From the NCBI RefSeq assembly GCF_001194135.2, contig NC_069003.1, positions 22,702,451 to 22,766,141 on the forward strand: DNA of 63,691 nucleotides, written 5' to 3'. A model generated the notes under the pieces. The model worked only from the letters and a program-made list of their open reading frames with translations, was not told the DNA's origin and made no database searches. Of this stretch, positions 39,944 to 53,802 are shown in pieces (positions within the stretch are counted from its first letter, which is position 1; each line of letters begins with the position of its first letter). The translations under genes were made by a program, and so were the position numbers. The stretch is from Octopus bimaculoides (taxonomy: Eukaryota).

Positions 39944-41379
39944 GTAAATAGAACAATAACTATAATAAATAAATATATATATCAACCAACAATAAGTACC
40001 AAATGAATTTATATATATATACATACACACACACAAACACATACATATGTAACAACTATATATAAAGGAAAGATAAAAGGAACTTCATTGAATTGTTCTT
40101 CTTGTAGTGGGAACCTATAAAAATTACTACTATATTCGCCAGTGAGTTCAGAATCTGAAATTCAAGTGACAGTTCACTACATCTCTTTCCTATTTTCATC
40201 TTTTGTTTGTTGATAGTTAAATTCTAATTTAAGATTTTTGCTTGAATACATTTTGGGATCCCCCTGTATATTATATTATGTTCTGATACTTATTATACAA
40301 AACCAAATAATGAATTATAAGATAAAGAGCTTAAATCAAAACAAATATAGTGAACATTGCCACTTGCTTTCACACCATAATGAACTGGTTATGATAGAGG
40401 GTTATGATAGTTTTATTGTGTTAAAAAAAAATCAGTGAAGAACCTTGTAGTTTGTGTAAGTGATTAGGGACACAGGATTTATAGCATTAAAGAAAGAGAT
40501 TAAGAATGATTGATGAGATAGATATGCAGTGGCCTAAAAGGTTTTAGACTACTGTGGTTATTTTGAAATGGTTTATAGGTTATTTTAGTAATCTAATCTG
40601 TTAGCAAAAAATGTTTAGTAGATGCAACTGGAATATCTGAAAGAAGTTTGAAACTAGTTTTATATGACGGAACAGATGGATAGGATCAACATTAAAAAGG
40701 AATTGCTTAGTCAAGAGGAAGAACAGTTTCCATGAACTAACAGCCTAGCCTGAGTGCTCGTAATGAAGTGGACTATTTTAAAGACACCCAAGGATCAGGT
40801 GGTGGTGGTGGTGTTCCACCTGGAGATGGATTAATTCTACCATGCATTTTGGCTGTATTAGGATTTTAACTCAGAATGCACAGAGCCAGAAGGAATACTG
40901 CAAGGCAACTTGTATGACACCCTGACATTTCCACAGTCCACCACCCTTGACTGGTACTTTATTTACTGACCACCAAAAGGATGAATGAAAGACTAAAATT
41001 GACTTCTACAGGATTTGAACTCAGAACAGCAAAGTAAACAAAGGACCAGCAGAGATGGTATTAAGAGGGATTGATGAAGCTGGAGAGGAATGTTTACAAC
41101 AACAATGTAATAAACCCTCATTTCGACAGATTAATGCCTGTTTATATTCCCCATTCATCATCACTATAAAGCAGTACATGGAAGATATTTGGGAAGTAAA
41201 GAAAACTGAAACAATAAGTGCCAAAATGGGTTTTAAAAAGAGAGAGAAAGATTGCTAGTTTATAGAAGACTATCAGCTGTGTAACAATGCATTTTGCACA
41301 CAAACAAGCAACTCACTGTGCATCTCACCAAGAAATGTGAAAAAGATAGAAATAACATTAGGAAATAGTAAAAAGAAAA

Positions 41380-42490
41380 CTCTTGATCACAAACTCATCA
41401 CCCTCAAACATGAGTAAAAGTTGACAGCGTTAAGCTTATGCTTCCTAAAACATGAACAAGGAGGCAGAAGCCTAACATTGATTCAGAGAGTTTTTGAATG
41501 TCACATCATGTCTCTTTGGCAACATCTTTTAGCCACTAAGTGTCAAAATGCATCTTTTGACCAAGTCTTCATATACTAGACAAATAACATCATGAGACTT
41601 GGAAAGCAGCTCCTCAAGAAATATTCCCTGTCTGATAACGTCAAACATTTGCTCAGAGATGTCACACAACTCGACTGCAATGTATCATCAGATGAAAGGA
41701 TGAGTGCATATGAGCAGAAGATCTTACAAAGATATGTTAGCAGAATGATTCAGGATGATAGTAAATTTGATATTCAATATTGCCTATCTGGGATCAAAAT
41801 CTGGATTATCAACTGTAACTTTGAAGGGCATGTGTTTGCAATCCAGGAACAAGAAGTAGCTACCAAATTCCTGATGCACAAAAGGGATAGAGATACAGGA
41901 AAACACTGAAATGTGATAATTGATGCAGACTTTGTGGGGTTAACACCAAAGATTCACCTTCGTCATAAACAGTTGTCTGAAAATGTCATTGCACTATTAT
42001 CTACTAATAAGGCACGATGCTGAGACCAGGACACTGTATAATGAGATCTGTCAGAAGAATAATCCTAAGACCAAATATATAAGAGTTCACAGTGTGGTGG
42101 AAACCATAACCATTCATAATATGAAAGAGTGTTGGTGGAATATCTCTGAGAAAACTTCAATAAAATTCAAATATATTGGACCAGATATTATAATTTGGGA
42201 CAGAGAAGAGAAACTGTGTACAGTGATGGAACTTAGTTTATCAGTTACTGAAGATTGGTGAAAAAGAAAACACCTATGATGAATTGTTGAAAAATTTACA
42301 GAATCTCCTCCTAAACTACAACTTTGGATTTCTACCCATAATTATTGGGGTACTTGGATATGTACCCAACTATCTCGGCACTAATTTTGAGAAATTAGAG
42401 TTCTCAAAACCAGAAAGGAGAAAGCTAATTAGAAGACTACAGATAAAATCCATCAATGGAGCTGTCTAAATATGGAAAACTTGTGAAAAG
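41380..42490 (+). mobile_element. Decayed RLE-type LINE (RT C-terminus, CCHC knuckle, RLE)
   Basis: KHEQGGRSL (recalls R..GGRGL), FAIQEQEVATK, CRLCG, IRHD, GPDIIIWDREEKLCTVMELS, LPIIIGVLG. Confidence 0.8.
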
Positions 42491-43899
42491 TTTAGCACGT
42501 AAGTACTTGTCTAAATATACAATTATATGTATAGGTACACATACATAAAACAAAACATACAAATCTTCTTGTGTACCAATGCCAATACTTGTACATATGA
42601 TGATGAAGGCTGTTCACTTGTGACCAAGGAAGACCATCACTGACTATTGTACATCCAGACAAAATTACACTTTATATTTGTGGATTTGCTGGTGACTAAT
42701 GAACCCAGCTCTTAATAGACATACATGTCCACAGATACTGCAGACAAGACATCCCCCATTCACTAAACTGGCAGTGCATTTTCTAGCAGCTCACAAAATG
42801 TGTGTTTCTTCAAAAATGCCCTCTCCTTTTTTTTACTTGTTTTCTCCATTGGTCATGATGACAAGCGTTGCTTTCCCAACTGAGCTTCCATATCTCACAT
42901 ACCTTCAATAAGGATTTTATGCAACCCTTAAATTGCAGTCATGGTTTCTACTGGGGATGCTTCCTACAAACAAGTTTGCCATTTTGCATTTGTTTAGGGA
43001 TCCTCCGATCATTCATTCAAACAAGGAGTCCAGTCCAGCATGATCAGTGTTTGTGCTCCTTTGTCTCAATGCTCCCATCGAGGTCTTTGTGCCTGTAGTC
43101 TGTAAGGACCAGCCAACAGTCAGAACGTGTCTCAGACATTTCTGATGGAAGTGTTCAAGGACACATGTTGCCTGTAAAGGGTCCATGTTTCATGTAAGTA
43201 AAGGAGTGATGTCAGCACACACACTTGGCACACAGCAACTTTTGTGAAGCTATGTTGGGATCAGACACAAGACTCAAGAGTCTTGAAGGGGATCATATGC
43301 ACATACATGCACAACTACTCTGTTGATGTAATTGAAATTCCAATGTAGGATCCTTGGATCTCAGTTAGAAACTGGCTCTTTTTCTATTGGAAAGAAATCT
43401 AGAAATTACAACTAAATAACATACAGACGTGCATGGTGAAAATTGTTTTGTAACATAGTAAGACCACCTCTTTGACCCATTTCACTCAAAGAAACATCTT
43501 AAGTTTGGTTTCTCCATCACTGATGACATCTTATGTGGCTTCTAAGGCCTGCAAAGAACTTACATTTCACACCAGCAAGTCTCTCCCCCACCCCCAACAG
43601 CAGCAGCAGCCCAATCTTCTGAATGTTGGACCTACAATGCTGAGTGAGTTCATTGGCTGACCCACACACTGCTACTCAAGGTGCATGAGAGATCATGCAA
43701 GATATCACATTGGTAGACAGGGGAGGGGGGAGATGCCTCCGTGACCATCTCGTGGTTGAGTAGGTCTGCTTTTGACAACCAGAAATGATTATGCTGGTCA
43801 CATGAAAGAGAATCTTTTGTACCCTTCTCAGGAAGAAGTTTCATGTCCTACATATATTTATATCAATACAGTTCAGTTCATTATATGCAACCCCATTGT

Positions 43900-44350
43900 T
43901 CTCAAATTCTCTAACACCAGTTGCAATCAGATTCCTCCATGGCTCCCTATCCAATGCAAGGTTTTCCCAGGTGTTAGTATTGATATTGATCTAAGACACC
44001 AAAGTGATCCATGTATAAGTTTCAGTAAACAGCTCTATGAGGCTGCTTCCTCAACACTGGGCTTTATTGAAAGAACACAAGGACTAGTTTAAATAAAATG
44101 GACTTGTGACAAGGCTGTTGAAAGAAAAGCATGTTGCACTTAACAAGTTGCTCTCTTGTTCTGTGCCAGGGTATGGACATGATAAGCTAGTAAGAGATTT
44201 TAAAGAGTGCAAGGCTAAGGTTCAGGAAGAGATGTTGACAACAAATGACATGTGGTGGTGAGAAAAGGCCTGTGAAATTCTGATGTCTGCTGATAAATGA
44301 GATTCAAAATCTGTGTACCACCAGATTCTCTATACCATCATCCTCTGTTT
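43900..44350 (+). mobile_element. Possible decayed CR1/L2-like LINE thumb region
   Basis: GVSIDIDLR...STLGFIERT resembles DLGVxxDxxL...LGxIxRT. Confidence 0.35.
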
Positions 44351-47300
44351 GGAAGCAAAGACTGGTAATACACTGTGATGCAAGCAAGATGAAATCAAGG
44401 CCATCTGGTGGCAGCAGTTAAGCAGTGGCTTGAATCATGAGGCTGTAGTAAGTCCTGCTGAAATCAAAGGGCTTGCATAGGCATCTGTGGTCCACCAGCT
44501 TGATGATCCACCTACTGATGATGAAAAACACCCAAAGACATGTGATAACTGCCGTGGTGAACTACTAGAGCCCATCTCATTTGAACCTGGTGTTAAATAG
44601 AATGATATTGTGGATCCTGCATTGTTTGCCATCTTCTTTACTGTTGTTATCTTGCAAGCCTTTGCACAAAGCAATACTGATATCTATATCTGTTACTGTA
44701 CAACAGAAAAGCTATCCAGCATTTGTTGTTTTACTGAAGTAGCAAAAACTTTCACGGCTCTCATTTGTGATCTCCTTTACACTGATCATTGTGATCTCAT
44801 TACCCACACTGAGGAGGACCTGCAACTCCAGATGGATGGACATACATATGTGATGGGCTTTTACAGTTTCCATTTACCAAATTGACCCACAAAGCATTGA
44901 TCAGCCTGCAGTTATATTAGAAGGTACTTGTCCAAGATGCTGTGCAGTGACAGAGAATTCAAGACCATGTGGTGACAATTCAGATTCAGTATCCACACAT
45001 CTGTGCCTCCAGTAATGAATATTACAGGATTCAGGTATTGTTTGTCATAAGTGTATTACAGTATTTAATTATTGTTTATTATCAGTGAGCAGTGTCATGT
45101 GATATGGTGAACCAACTGATGTGAATTTTGTGGTAGCTATGTATTGTTTTAATAAAAAAATGGTTGTCAAATTAGAGAATTAAGCCAAGAAAGGGTTGGC
45201 TGTGGAGTTTTAAAAATTTGCTTTTTAACTTGGTGTTTTTGAGTTTGATTCCACTTTTTGGCACTTTAAGCAGGCTTCTGCCATAACCTTTAATTGATCA
45301 ATACCTCATGAGTGGCAATCCTATGGGGTTCTGTGTAGATAGATATCTTTCAAGGTAGTGAATGATATAAACATTGAAGAGAAAACTGAAAAATATTGAT
45401 GTTTTCAAACAAAGTTCTTAGTGATATTTGTTCTGAAGGGAGTTATGGACATTCCCACCTCATCGCTTTCAGTGTCACAAATGTAGTGAATCAGTGGTGA
45501 CCAATGATGCTATTGTTTACTATTTGTAAATTGAAATGAAATAATTAAATTGATATCCACTTAGCTGTGTAGCTTTCGAGGAAAGCAAACAGTTGACATG
45601 TGACACCAACTGCTGGTTAGTTGGAGATTAACACAGGCATAGCCATGTGGTTCTGGGTCTGATCTCACTGCGTGGGATTGCCTTGTGAGTGAAAGTTGGT
45701 ACATTGAAAATATGTGGAGGCTCATTAAATGTATGCATGTGTGTGAACAAAATCAGGTGCTTGAGAGAGAAAAAGTGAAATTTGATGTGCAGAAAATGTG
45801 TTAAAAATTATCAGATGTTTGTGTATGTCATTATATATAATGTATATGTGTGTATACTGTTATAGGATGAACAAAATCAGGTCCATATGGGTGGACAGTG
45901 TGTTTGTGTATATCAGCTTAGGATGAACAAAACAAACTTGTGATAATTACTTCCATCTGAGTTATGTTCCTTTATATTAAGATCAGCCTGATCAATAAAA
46001 TAAGTAGGACAAAGTACTTGAGTCAATATAAATTTACTGAAACAAGTAAAGAATATCAACGATTTCAGAGATGGTTATTTTATTGTATTCACTCAGTCTT
46101 GCTTGTTATATCTGAAACGGAGGAAAAAAAAATGCTCTGACAACTTATAATGACTTTTAAGGTGATGACAGTAGCTTGATGACAGTTAATTAATATTGCA
46201 ATCACAAAAAAACCTTAGCAGATGTTTATTAAAATGAATATTTTGATTCATTTCTTCCTAATAAGAAAATAGATCAGTATATATAAACATTTTCCTGTAT
46301 TGAAATTACTTACTCTTTACAAGCAACCAGGGCAGTGGAATGAGAAACCAATTCTTTTCTTAAATAACACATTTTGGTTTGAATCAATTTTGGTTTATTT
46401 CTATAGTTGTTGACAGGTAATAGAAGTTTGATCTGTTGAAAGTTGTTTCAGAGACCATACACATATGTGTGTATGTATATGTGTGTGTTGCATGTGCACG
46501 CGCGCGCACACACACACACTCATGCATGTTCAAATATTTAATGTCACATTGGTTGGTTATTCCTTGTGGTTTGTCGTGAAGAGGGAAGTTGTATTTCAGC
46601 TCTGCATTAAAAAGGTCAGGCAATAATCTGGATGGTGGCTTTGTTTATAAACTTGATTGCCTGTTGTATTGATAAAAAAAATTAAGATCCTGTTGAGCAG
46701 TATATTCACCAGAGACTGATGGGTTTCTTAGTCAATTAATCTATATGTAAGTTGCCTCCTCATATAGATCAATCAACTGTAATTTTATTAGGAAATTATT
46801 ATTAGAACTGTAATTATAATCTGAAGCCATCATTGTAATACAGGAGCATTTCATACTGTAGTTAATATGAAATAATTTGCTTTGATGTGAAATATTAGAG
46901 ATGTTTTGCTTTCCATAGAAGCTACAGGAGCTACTTAAAGATGTTACAAATTTGTGTGATGGTGATAAATCTATCTCAATTTTGAAGATTCTTCTGTATC
47001 TTCAGTAAGTGTGTCAGGCTCACAAGGATTTCACCCCTTAGTTTAAACATTTTGTCTTAGCAGAGCAGTGAAGCGTGAATTTTCTTTTGTATAGTGAAGG
47101 GTTCCATCTGCAGTCTCCTGTCAGCCACAGCCATCTCAAACAGGTCTCAGCTATGGCATGGCTATCTTCTTGGCAGCTTTCTTTGGTTGTTTAGGTTTCA
47201 AAACAATCTTCTGCAGGGAGCAGCACTCTGGTCTTGCTGGGAAATGCAGCATCCAGCTTCAGTAGGGAACAAGGCTGCGTGTCATCGTTTGACAAGTGCC

Positions 47301-48159
47301 ACGTTAAGCAAGTCCTGATGTTGGGCTTTCTTCAGTTGGAGAGAAATGTCAAATCTATCTTCCTAGAGCCCTGTGAGTTCAGCCACAATGCTTATTTTTG
47401 TGTTTCGGAATAGCTGGAATATGTCTGGCCACAGTTGCGTTACTGCTGCCTCTTCTGGAAAGATGCAAAAGGTGGATATATAATCCAGGCATTTATCTCT
47501 GGAAGCACTTCTACGGATGGTGGCTATCTGAAAAATCAATCAGCATATTGTTTTTTGTGGCACTCTGATGAGTTAATTCCACCATGTGCTGTGAAGGAAA
47601 ACTTGCACAGTGCATGGGAATAAATCAATAATTGCTGCCATGGTAACAACATGACACCAGATTAGTTACAATGGAACACAAAGAAATTGTAAACAATGCA
47701 ATAAACATAGTTTGTTTACTCCATTCTTCCATGTTATTTTAATATATATTTGTGTTTGTTTTTTTTTTTTATTAGTGGCTAAATCTAAACAGGAGAGGTG
47801 GTATCCGTGAATCCTTTTCAGGTTTTAAATAAATAAAGTGAAAGTATGCAATGCTCCCCCACCACACACAACAAGGTCTTTCCCTACATCTATTGTCCTG
47901 TTTCTGTTCTAGATTACAAGATACCCTCACTGCAGCAATGTTAGTAGTATTGTTTGTTTTTATTTTATTTTGTAATTTTTTTTTTTCCTTATTGCATTTT
48001 TTACACTGTATTTGAATAATCTTTCCCATTAATTTTCTGTCTTCTGTTGTTTTTATGTGTTTTTTTTTTGGTTTTATGTTTTCTGTCATTGTTAAAATTC
48101 TGCTTATCTTATTTTTATTTTTATCATTCTTTTGTTTTCTTGGTATGTTCTATTACTAG

Positions 48160-48186
48160 TACCTCAGTGTCAAATATTGACAGACG
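48160..48186 (+). CDS. Candidate 27-nt micro-exon of the TMCC gene (phase 2 to 2), TSVSNIDR(R)
   Basis: About 210 nt of AG-free T-rich sequence before ctattactAG, consensus donor ACG|GTAAGT, symmetric and open in the correct phase. Confidence 0.6.
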
Positions 48187-50441
48187 GTAAGTTGTAAGAC
48201 TTGCATCTTTACCCACCCTTTATCAATAGAAGCCGCAGTATTGTTTACTCTTATTTGCCTGCCTTCTGCTGGTAATTAGCTTCAGATTAATCAGAGTCTC
48301 TGATAACTTAATTTTTTTTTTCAATACTTCCCTGTAGCCCTAACCCTAACTGCCACCTTTCTTTCCTTAAAGAATTTATGCATTTTTTCTTCTTGTTTCT
48401 TATAGTTGTTATTCTTTTGCTTTTTGCATTAAAGATATTTTTTTAGAAACAACAACAACATTAATAATAATATTAATAATAATAATAATATAGATAATAA
48501 TAGTGCTAATTGTGTATTAGCAAATCTAGTGACTAAAACAAATGAATTAAATTTCTAACTTAACCAGGTTAATTTTTTCAAGTTGTAAAGTGACTTGATC
48601 TGAGATTGTGTATCAAACTGAAGCAATTTCATCATGGAAGCATCATTTTAGTCATTTTGGAACACACACAAGAAAGAAGAGGGGTGGGGGTGGGAGAGAA
48701 AAAAATAATGAAAAAACAAGCAAAAAAAAAGAAAGAACCCAAAAAACCTGTTACTTCACTGTTATAACTAGGTTGCAGAGGTACAATGAAACTTTGATCC
48801 TTCTTAGGAAAATTGAATCCAACAGTTTCTGTGTGTTCTTAAATGGTTGAAATCACTCTTCCTCAATGTAATTGTTTCTAGTTGATTTTACTTGTATGTA
48901 TATATCATGTTTTAGAGAAATGACCAAATATGATAGTTTGTGTATGGATTATTTATATTTGTTATTTGCTTGGAAGAATTATTAGAGTAACAGGAAAAAT
49001 GCTTTGTGGTATTTGTCCCAGCTGTCAACTTCACTTTTCATCCTTCCAGGGTTGATAAACTAAAGCACCAATTGACTTATCCAGACCCATAAATTTTTGG
49101 TTTTGTGTTTATGTAAGAAATCATTCTACTGGAATCTATATGATCAACTATTTCTTTCCCTTCCTTCAAATTTCTGGCTTTGGTGCAACTTCAGAAATTA
49201 CTACTGGCACAGTCACATTACCAAAGATTCAGTTGTGCCATATCTCTAGCATTGGCATTCGTTAATTCTTTCCAAGCCTCATTGCAATTATGACTTTTTT
49301 TTTTTCATGAAAGAAGTAAAAATCACATTTTGAATGGCACCTCTAAATTGTACCTTGACCTGCTTGAAATAGCGACCAAATCTCTCAAAACAAATGCCTT
49401 CATTATCAAAAGCAGAAAGACATATATGATCCTAAGTACCACTAAAAAAAGATGGTCATAGCTGATATGTCCTTAATTATAGGATTTGTTTAATCAAGTC
49501 TGATATGGAGCCAAGCAACAACAGGAGCAATGATAATTTCTCAACTGTCTCTGTAAATAAGCTTAATGAAATTAGAAGCTGCTATTTCATTTATACCTCA
49601 GCAGTTATGTAACAATTTTATTGGATGATAATTTCATGGAAATCAAGTACCCAGTTAACTAGCATGAATATTGTCCTCCTTTGTTGAAATTTTTGTCACT
49701 CTTGTAAATTTTGTTGAACCTGACTTTACTCTCTGTTGATTGCCTTCTCCATTACATTTCGTTAGTTAACAGACACACTTAGGTGCCATGATCAATATCA
49801 TTTAGAACAGTGAAAGAAGCCTTAACTGGTTCTTAGTTGACAGATTTTTCTCCTGTTGCTTAAACAAATAACTGTCAAGAAAATTACACAGTAATGTCTA
49901 TTTGTATGAGGGTTATCAAAATGTTCCCTTCACCTTCCTACACATCCTATCCAACCTCACTCAGTACAAGGTTATAAAGTGGGCTAACTTACATTAAGTT
50001 AGCTAGCACACACACATTGAAGTGCCAAGATCAATATCATCTTGAACAATCAAAGAAGCCTTAACTGGTTCTTGGCTGTCAGTGAATTTCTTCTGTTACT
50101 TAAACTCCTTTGCGACCATATTTCTAGTGAAATACATTGTCTGTGTTTCAGTTAGATTTGAAAACAATGAAGAGCTTGAAGAAATTTAGTGAAATAATTT
50201 TTTTGGTTTGCTTTTCTTTCTTTTTCCATTCTTAAACTTTTTTAAAGGGGTTTAAATTATGATAGAAGGTTTTCATATAAATATTTTCCTCTCCTGTAAA
50301 CTTATATTGACACATTAATTGTAAATACACAACATATCCTGTGACTGATAGAACATAGGTAGCATTATTCCAATGGTAGGTGGAACTCACTACTCCTAAT
50401 ACAGATACTGCGGCCATTGGAGATTCTTTCTTTATCCATAC

Positions 50442-50663
50442 TTAACCCTTTAGCATTCAGATAACTCCACCAAATGTAATGCTTATATATTCATTGATTT
50501 GAATTAATCATGCACTATCCTGTAGCTTTGAGATTTCAATATGTTCGCTTATTTTTACAATGACACTGTTAGATAGGTGAGTGGCCAGATCTGGCCAGTT
50601 GGAACATAAAACAGAAGAAAATTTTCAGGCTGGATCTGGTCAGTTTAATCGCTAAAGGGTTAA
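50442..50663. mobile_element. piggyBac-like MITE, same family, opposite orientation
   Basis: ttaaccctttagc ... gctaaagggttaa. Confidence 0.8.
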
Positions 50664-51139
50664 ACCTCTGGCAATACTTATAAGATATATTTGGGATTCT
50701 TAGCCATGGCCTCATTACTTAAATAATCCTAGATGACACCAATATCAGTTGATTAAATCTATTCTAGTACTTAGATGATACTTAGAAATAGTCAGTTTTG
50801 TCACATAGTTAGTTGATAGATAGAAAATGGTTAAACAACTGGCTGTCATAATGGTTACATTGGAATAACTGTCTCATATAGCTGCTGTGAAGACTGCATT
50901 GAAATATTTAGTTATCAAAATATTTCATTTACCATCTTACATGTTCTGTTCAATCCCAATTTATCCAAAGTGAAATAATGAGCTAAATTATGGTTGTGTT
51001 GTTGAGAAATTCCTTTTGAAATCCTACAGTTCCAAACTTGGTCCCACTACATGGGTCTTGAACAAATGGCTTCTGCTATAGCCTTAGATTGACCAATGCT
51101 TGTGAGTGAGAGTTAGTGCAGGGAAACTTTGCATAAGTT

Positions 51140-51182
<43 letters not shown>

Positions 51183-51340
51183 ATATCAATGTGATATATG
51201 TGATATAAACACACATTTCAAATGGGTCATCAAGTACCAGAAAAAGTACTGAGATTGATATAGTTAACTAAGATTAAAATGCTTGAAGGTAACTCTTCAA
51301 TGACTACAATCAATGAAAGAATAAAAATTATCAATGATAT

Positions 51341-51542
51341 TTAACCCTTTTGACACCATATTTCTGTTGAAATAAAGTACTTTTGATTCAATTAATTTTG
51401 AAAATAATGAAGAATATAGGAAAAATAATCTAATCAAATTAATATGAAATTTTGATGGAAGGTTTTAATTTAGATCATTGAAAAACAGGAAATTTGTATC
51501 ACAAAGCTATGGGCTTTCTCAGACAGGTGTCAAAAGGGTTAA
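51341..51542. mobile_element. Second piggyBac-like MITE family
   Basis: Perfect 17-bp ends ttaacccttttgacacc / ggtgtcaaaagggttaa. Confidence 0.8.
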
Positions 51543-52619
51543 ACTAAAACAAATACTTCCATTTTTAAAATTATATTGTATAATTTCACCGTTACTTGGT
51601 TTATCTCTATTCATGGTATCCTTAAAAATAGGAACATCCAATCTCACTTCAGTTTGCATTGAAATTACTGTAGTAAGTTGCATGAAATTGCTTTTCTGTT
51701 TTAAGACCTCTGTCTAAAACTTCAGATTTTTCCTCTTTTTTGGAAAAATTTAGTCCACTTTGTGAACTGTCTGTATTTACTATTTGCAGATGATGCAGGC
51801 TATCAGTAATTTTACTGTAACAAAATAGAAGAACCTGAAGAAATCTTCAGACTCTTCTATTTTGTTCATGTAAAATTGGTTTCTATTTTTTCATTTGTCA
51901 ACAGATTCTGACACAAAATTAATTTTCTTGTTTTTTTACTCCGATTTTTAAAGTTGTTAAATTATTTTTAAAAAATTGAAATTTGATCTTGAATTGAAAT
52001 TCAAATTTGAATTGATACAAAGATTTATTGAATTTCAATTGGACATCAGCTTTTAGTTTCATATTCCAACCATCTACCTCACCCCCACTTTAGTTCATGC
52101 AACCATTTTAATTTTATCAATTTCAAATCCTGAACTGAAAAAGCACAATGTTGTGAGGCCATTGGAATATTGACTTAAATTCCTTATCTCTATATCAAGG
52201 TAGGGCTAATGAAGTAAAAATATAAATCACTTTAGTTACTAACCACAGATATTAAATACTGTAAGGATCATTATAAAATTAAATTAAATTAAAATAAACA
52301 TTCTATGCGATAACAATTATAGTTTCAAAATTTGGCACAAAGCCAGCAGTTTTGGGGGGAGGGGCTACCTCAAAGTTGACCCCAGTGCTTAACTGGTACT
52401 TATCGACCCCAAAAGGATGAATGACAAAGTTGCCCTAGGCAGAATTTGAACTCAGAATGTAAAGACAGATGAAATGTTGCTAAGCATTTTACCCAGTGTT
52501 CTAATGATTCTGCCAGTTTGCCACCTGTCTATGAGATTAAAATAACATTAACTAATTATTCATATTATGTATATAATTTCCTGCAAAGAATGGGAAACAA
52601 CTCCAAATGGTTTTTATTC

Positions 52620-53380
52620 TGGTATTATTCTGGCCTCATCAAGGAAGCATAGCTTTCATGATACTGACCATAATAGTGATGACTGAAACACTAAACAAAT
52701 GTACATGATTGTACATTGTTGGCATAAAGAACAGAATTGTGGAAAAATCAAATAATTGTATAATTTATGCAAGTAGCAGCTCCAAATTATTTGTATGATT
52801 ACTTCAGCTTCACTTTCTTAACAACTACTTTTAGGGTAAACACTTGTTTGCTGAGGATGCTACTGAACACCATCTCCAAATGCAGGAGTTGATGTCTCTT
52901 TGGGCAGTGAAGCAACTCTGTAAGTGTTTTGGCCCCTTCCACCATGATGCCAGAGCTGCCTGGGGCTACCCAGTGATATAGGTGATAAAACTCCTGCATA
53001 ACAGCATGGACTTTGTTGAGTTAAATGTTGTGACACTGGTCTTGATATTTCTATTATTTCTCAATGCTCATTCTTGTTGCACTGCTTCTGCTCTTTCTTG
53101 AGCCAGAAGTAATGGCTTACTTTCTCAGTGGCTTCTGACAATTATCTGGCAACATCTTTTGTCTCCTTCATAGCTCATCCAAGACTCCTCAGCATCAAGT
53201 GAACTCTGGTTCTAGAAATCCTCTAACACCTATCTTTGCAGAAGGTATATTGCCTCCTGTTCACTGTTTTCACAGAGTTTAATCAACTCATTGTATTTTC
53301 TGTATTTCTTGAGGAAAACATCTTCAGTGTCCACTTCCCACATAACTGTTGGTTCTAACATTTTACTACCTTACTACCTT
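52620..53380 (-). mobile_element. Highly decayed APE-type LINE fragment (pre-RT region)
   Basis: APGSSGIMVEGAKTLTELLH resembles the KAPGxDGIxxE..L..LLH motif. Otherwise heavily degraded. Confidence 0.45.
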
Positions 53381-53415
53381 TACTATCATCTTCACCACCT
53401 TCATTGCACCTCGAA

Positions 53416-53802
53416 GTGGAGGCGCAATGTCCCAGTGGTTAGGGCAGCGGACTCGCGGACATAGGATCACGGTTTCAATTCTCAGACCGGGCGTTGTGAG
53501 TGTTTATTGAGCGAAAACACCTAAAGCTCCATGAGGCTCCGGCAGGGGATGGTGGCGAACCCTGCAGTACTCTTCCACCACAACTTTCTCTCCCTCTTAC
53601 TTCCTGTTTCTGTTGTGCCTGTAATTCAAAGGGTCAGCCTTGTCACACTCTGTGTCACGCTGAATATCCCCGAGAACTACGTTAAGGGTACACGTGACTG
53701 TGGAGTGCTCAGCCACTTGCACGTTAATTTCATGAGCAAGCTGTTCCGTTGATCGGATCATCTGGAACCCTCGACGTCGTAAGCGACGGAGTGCCGACAA
53801 CA
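53416..53802 (+). mobile_element. tRNA-derived SINE family A, full length
   Basis: Same sequence as the other two copies. No clean TSD seen. Confidence 0.88.

Noticed and set aside
46732-46746. Possible 15-nt phase 2-2 micro-exon (QLIY) before GTAAGT; a similar one at ~54724-54738
   Set aside because: Weak pyrimidine tract or weak donor. Such matches are expected by chance in AT-rich introns.
48336-48352. ccctaaccctaa telomeric motif
   Set aside because: Only two units, so chance level.
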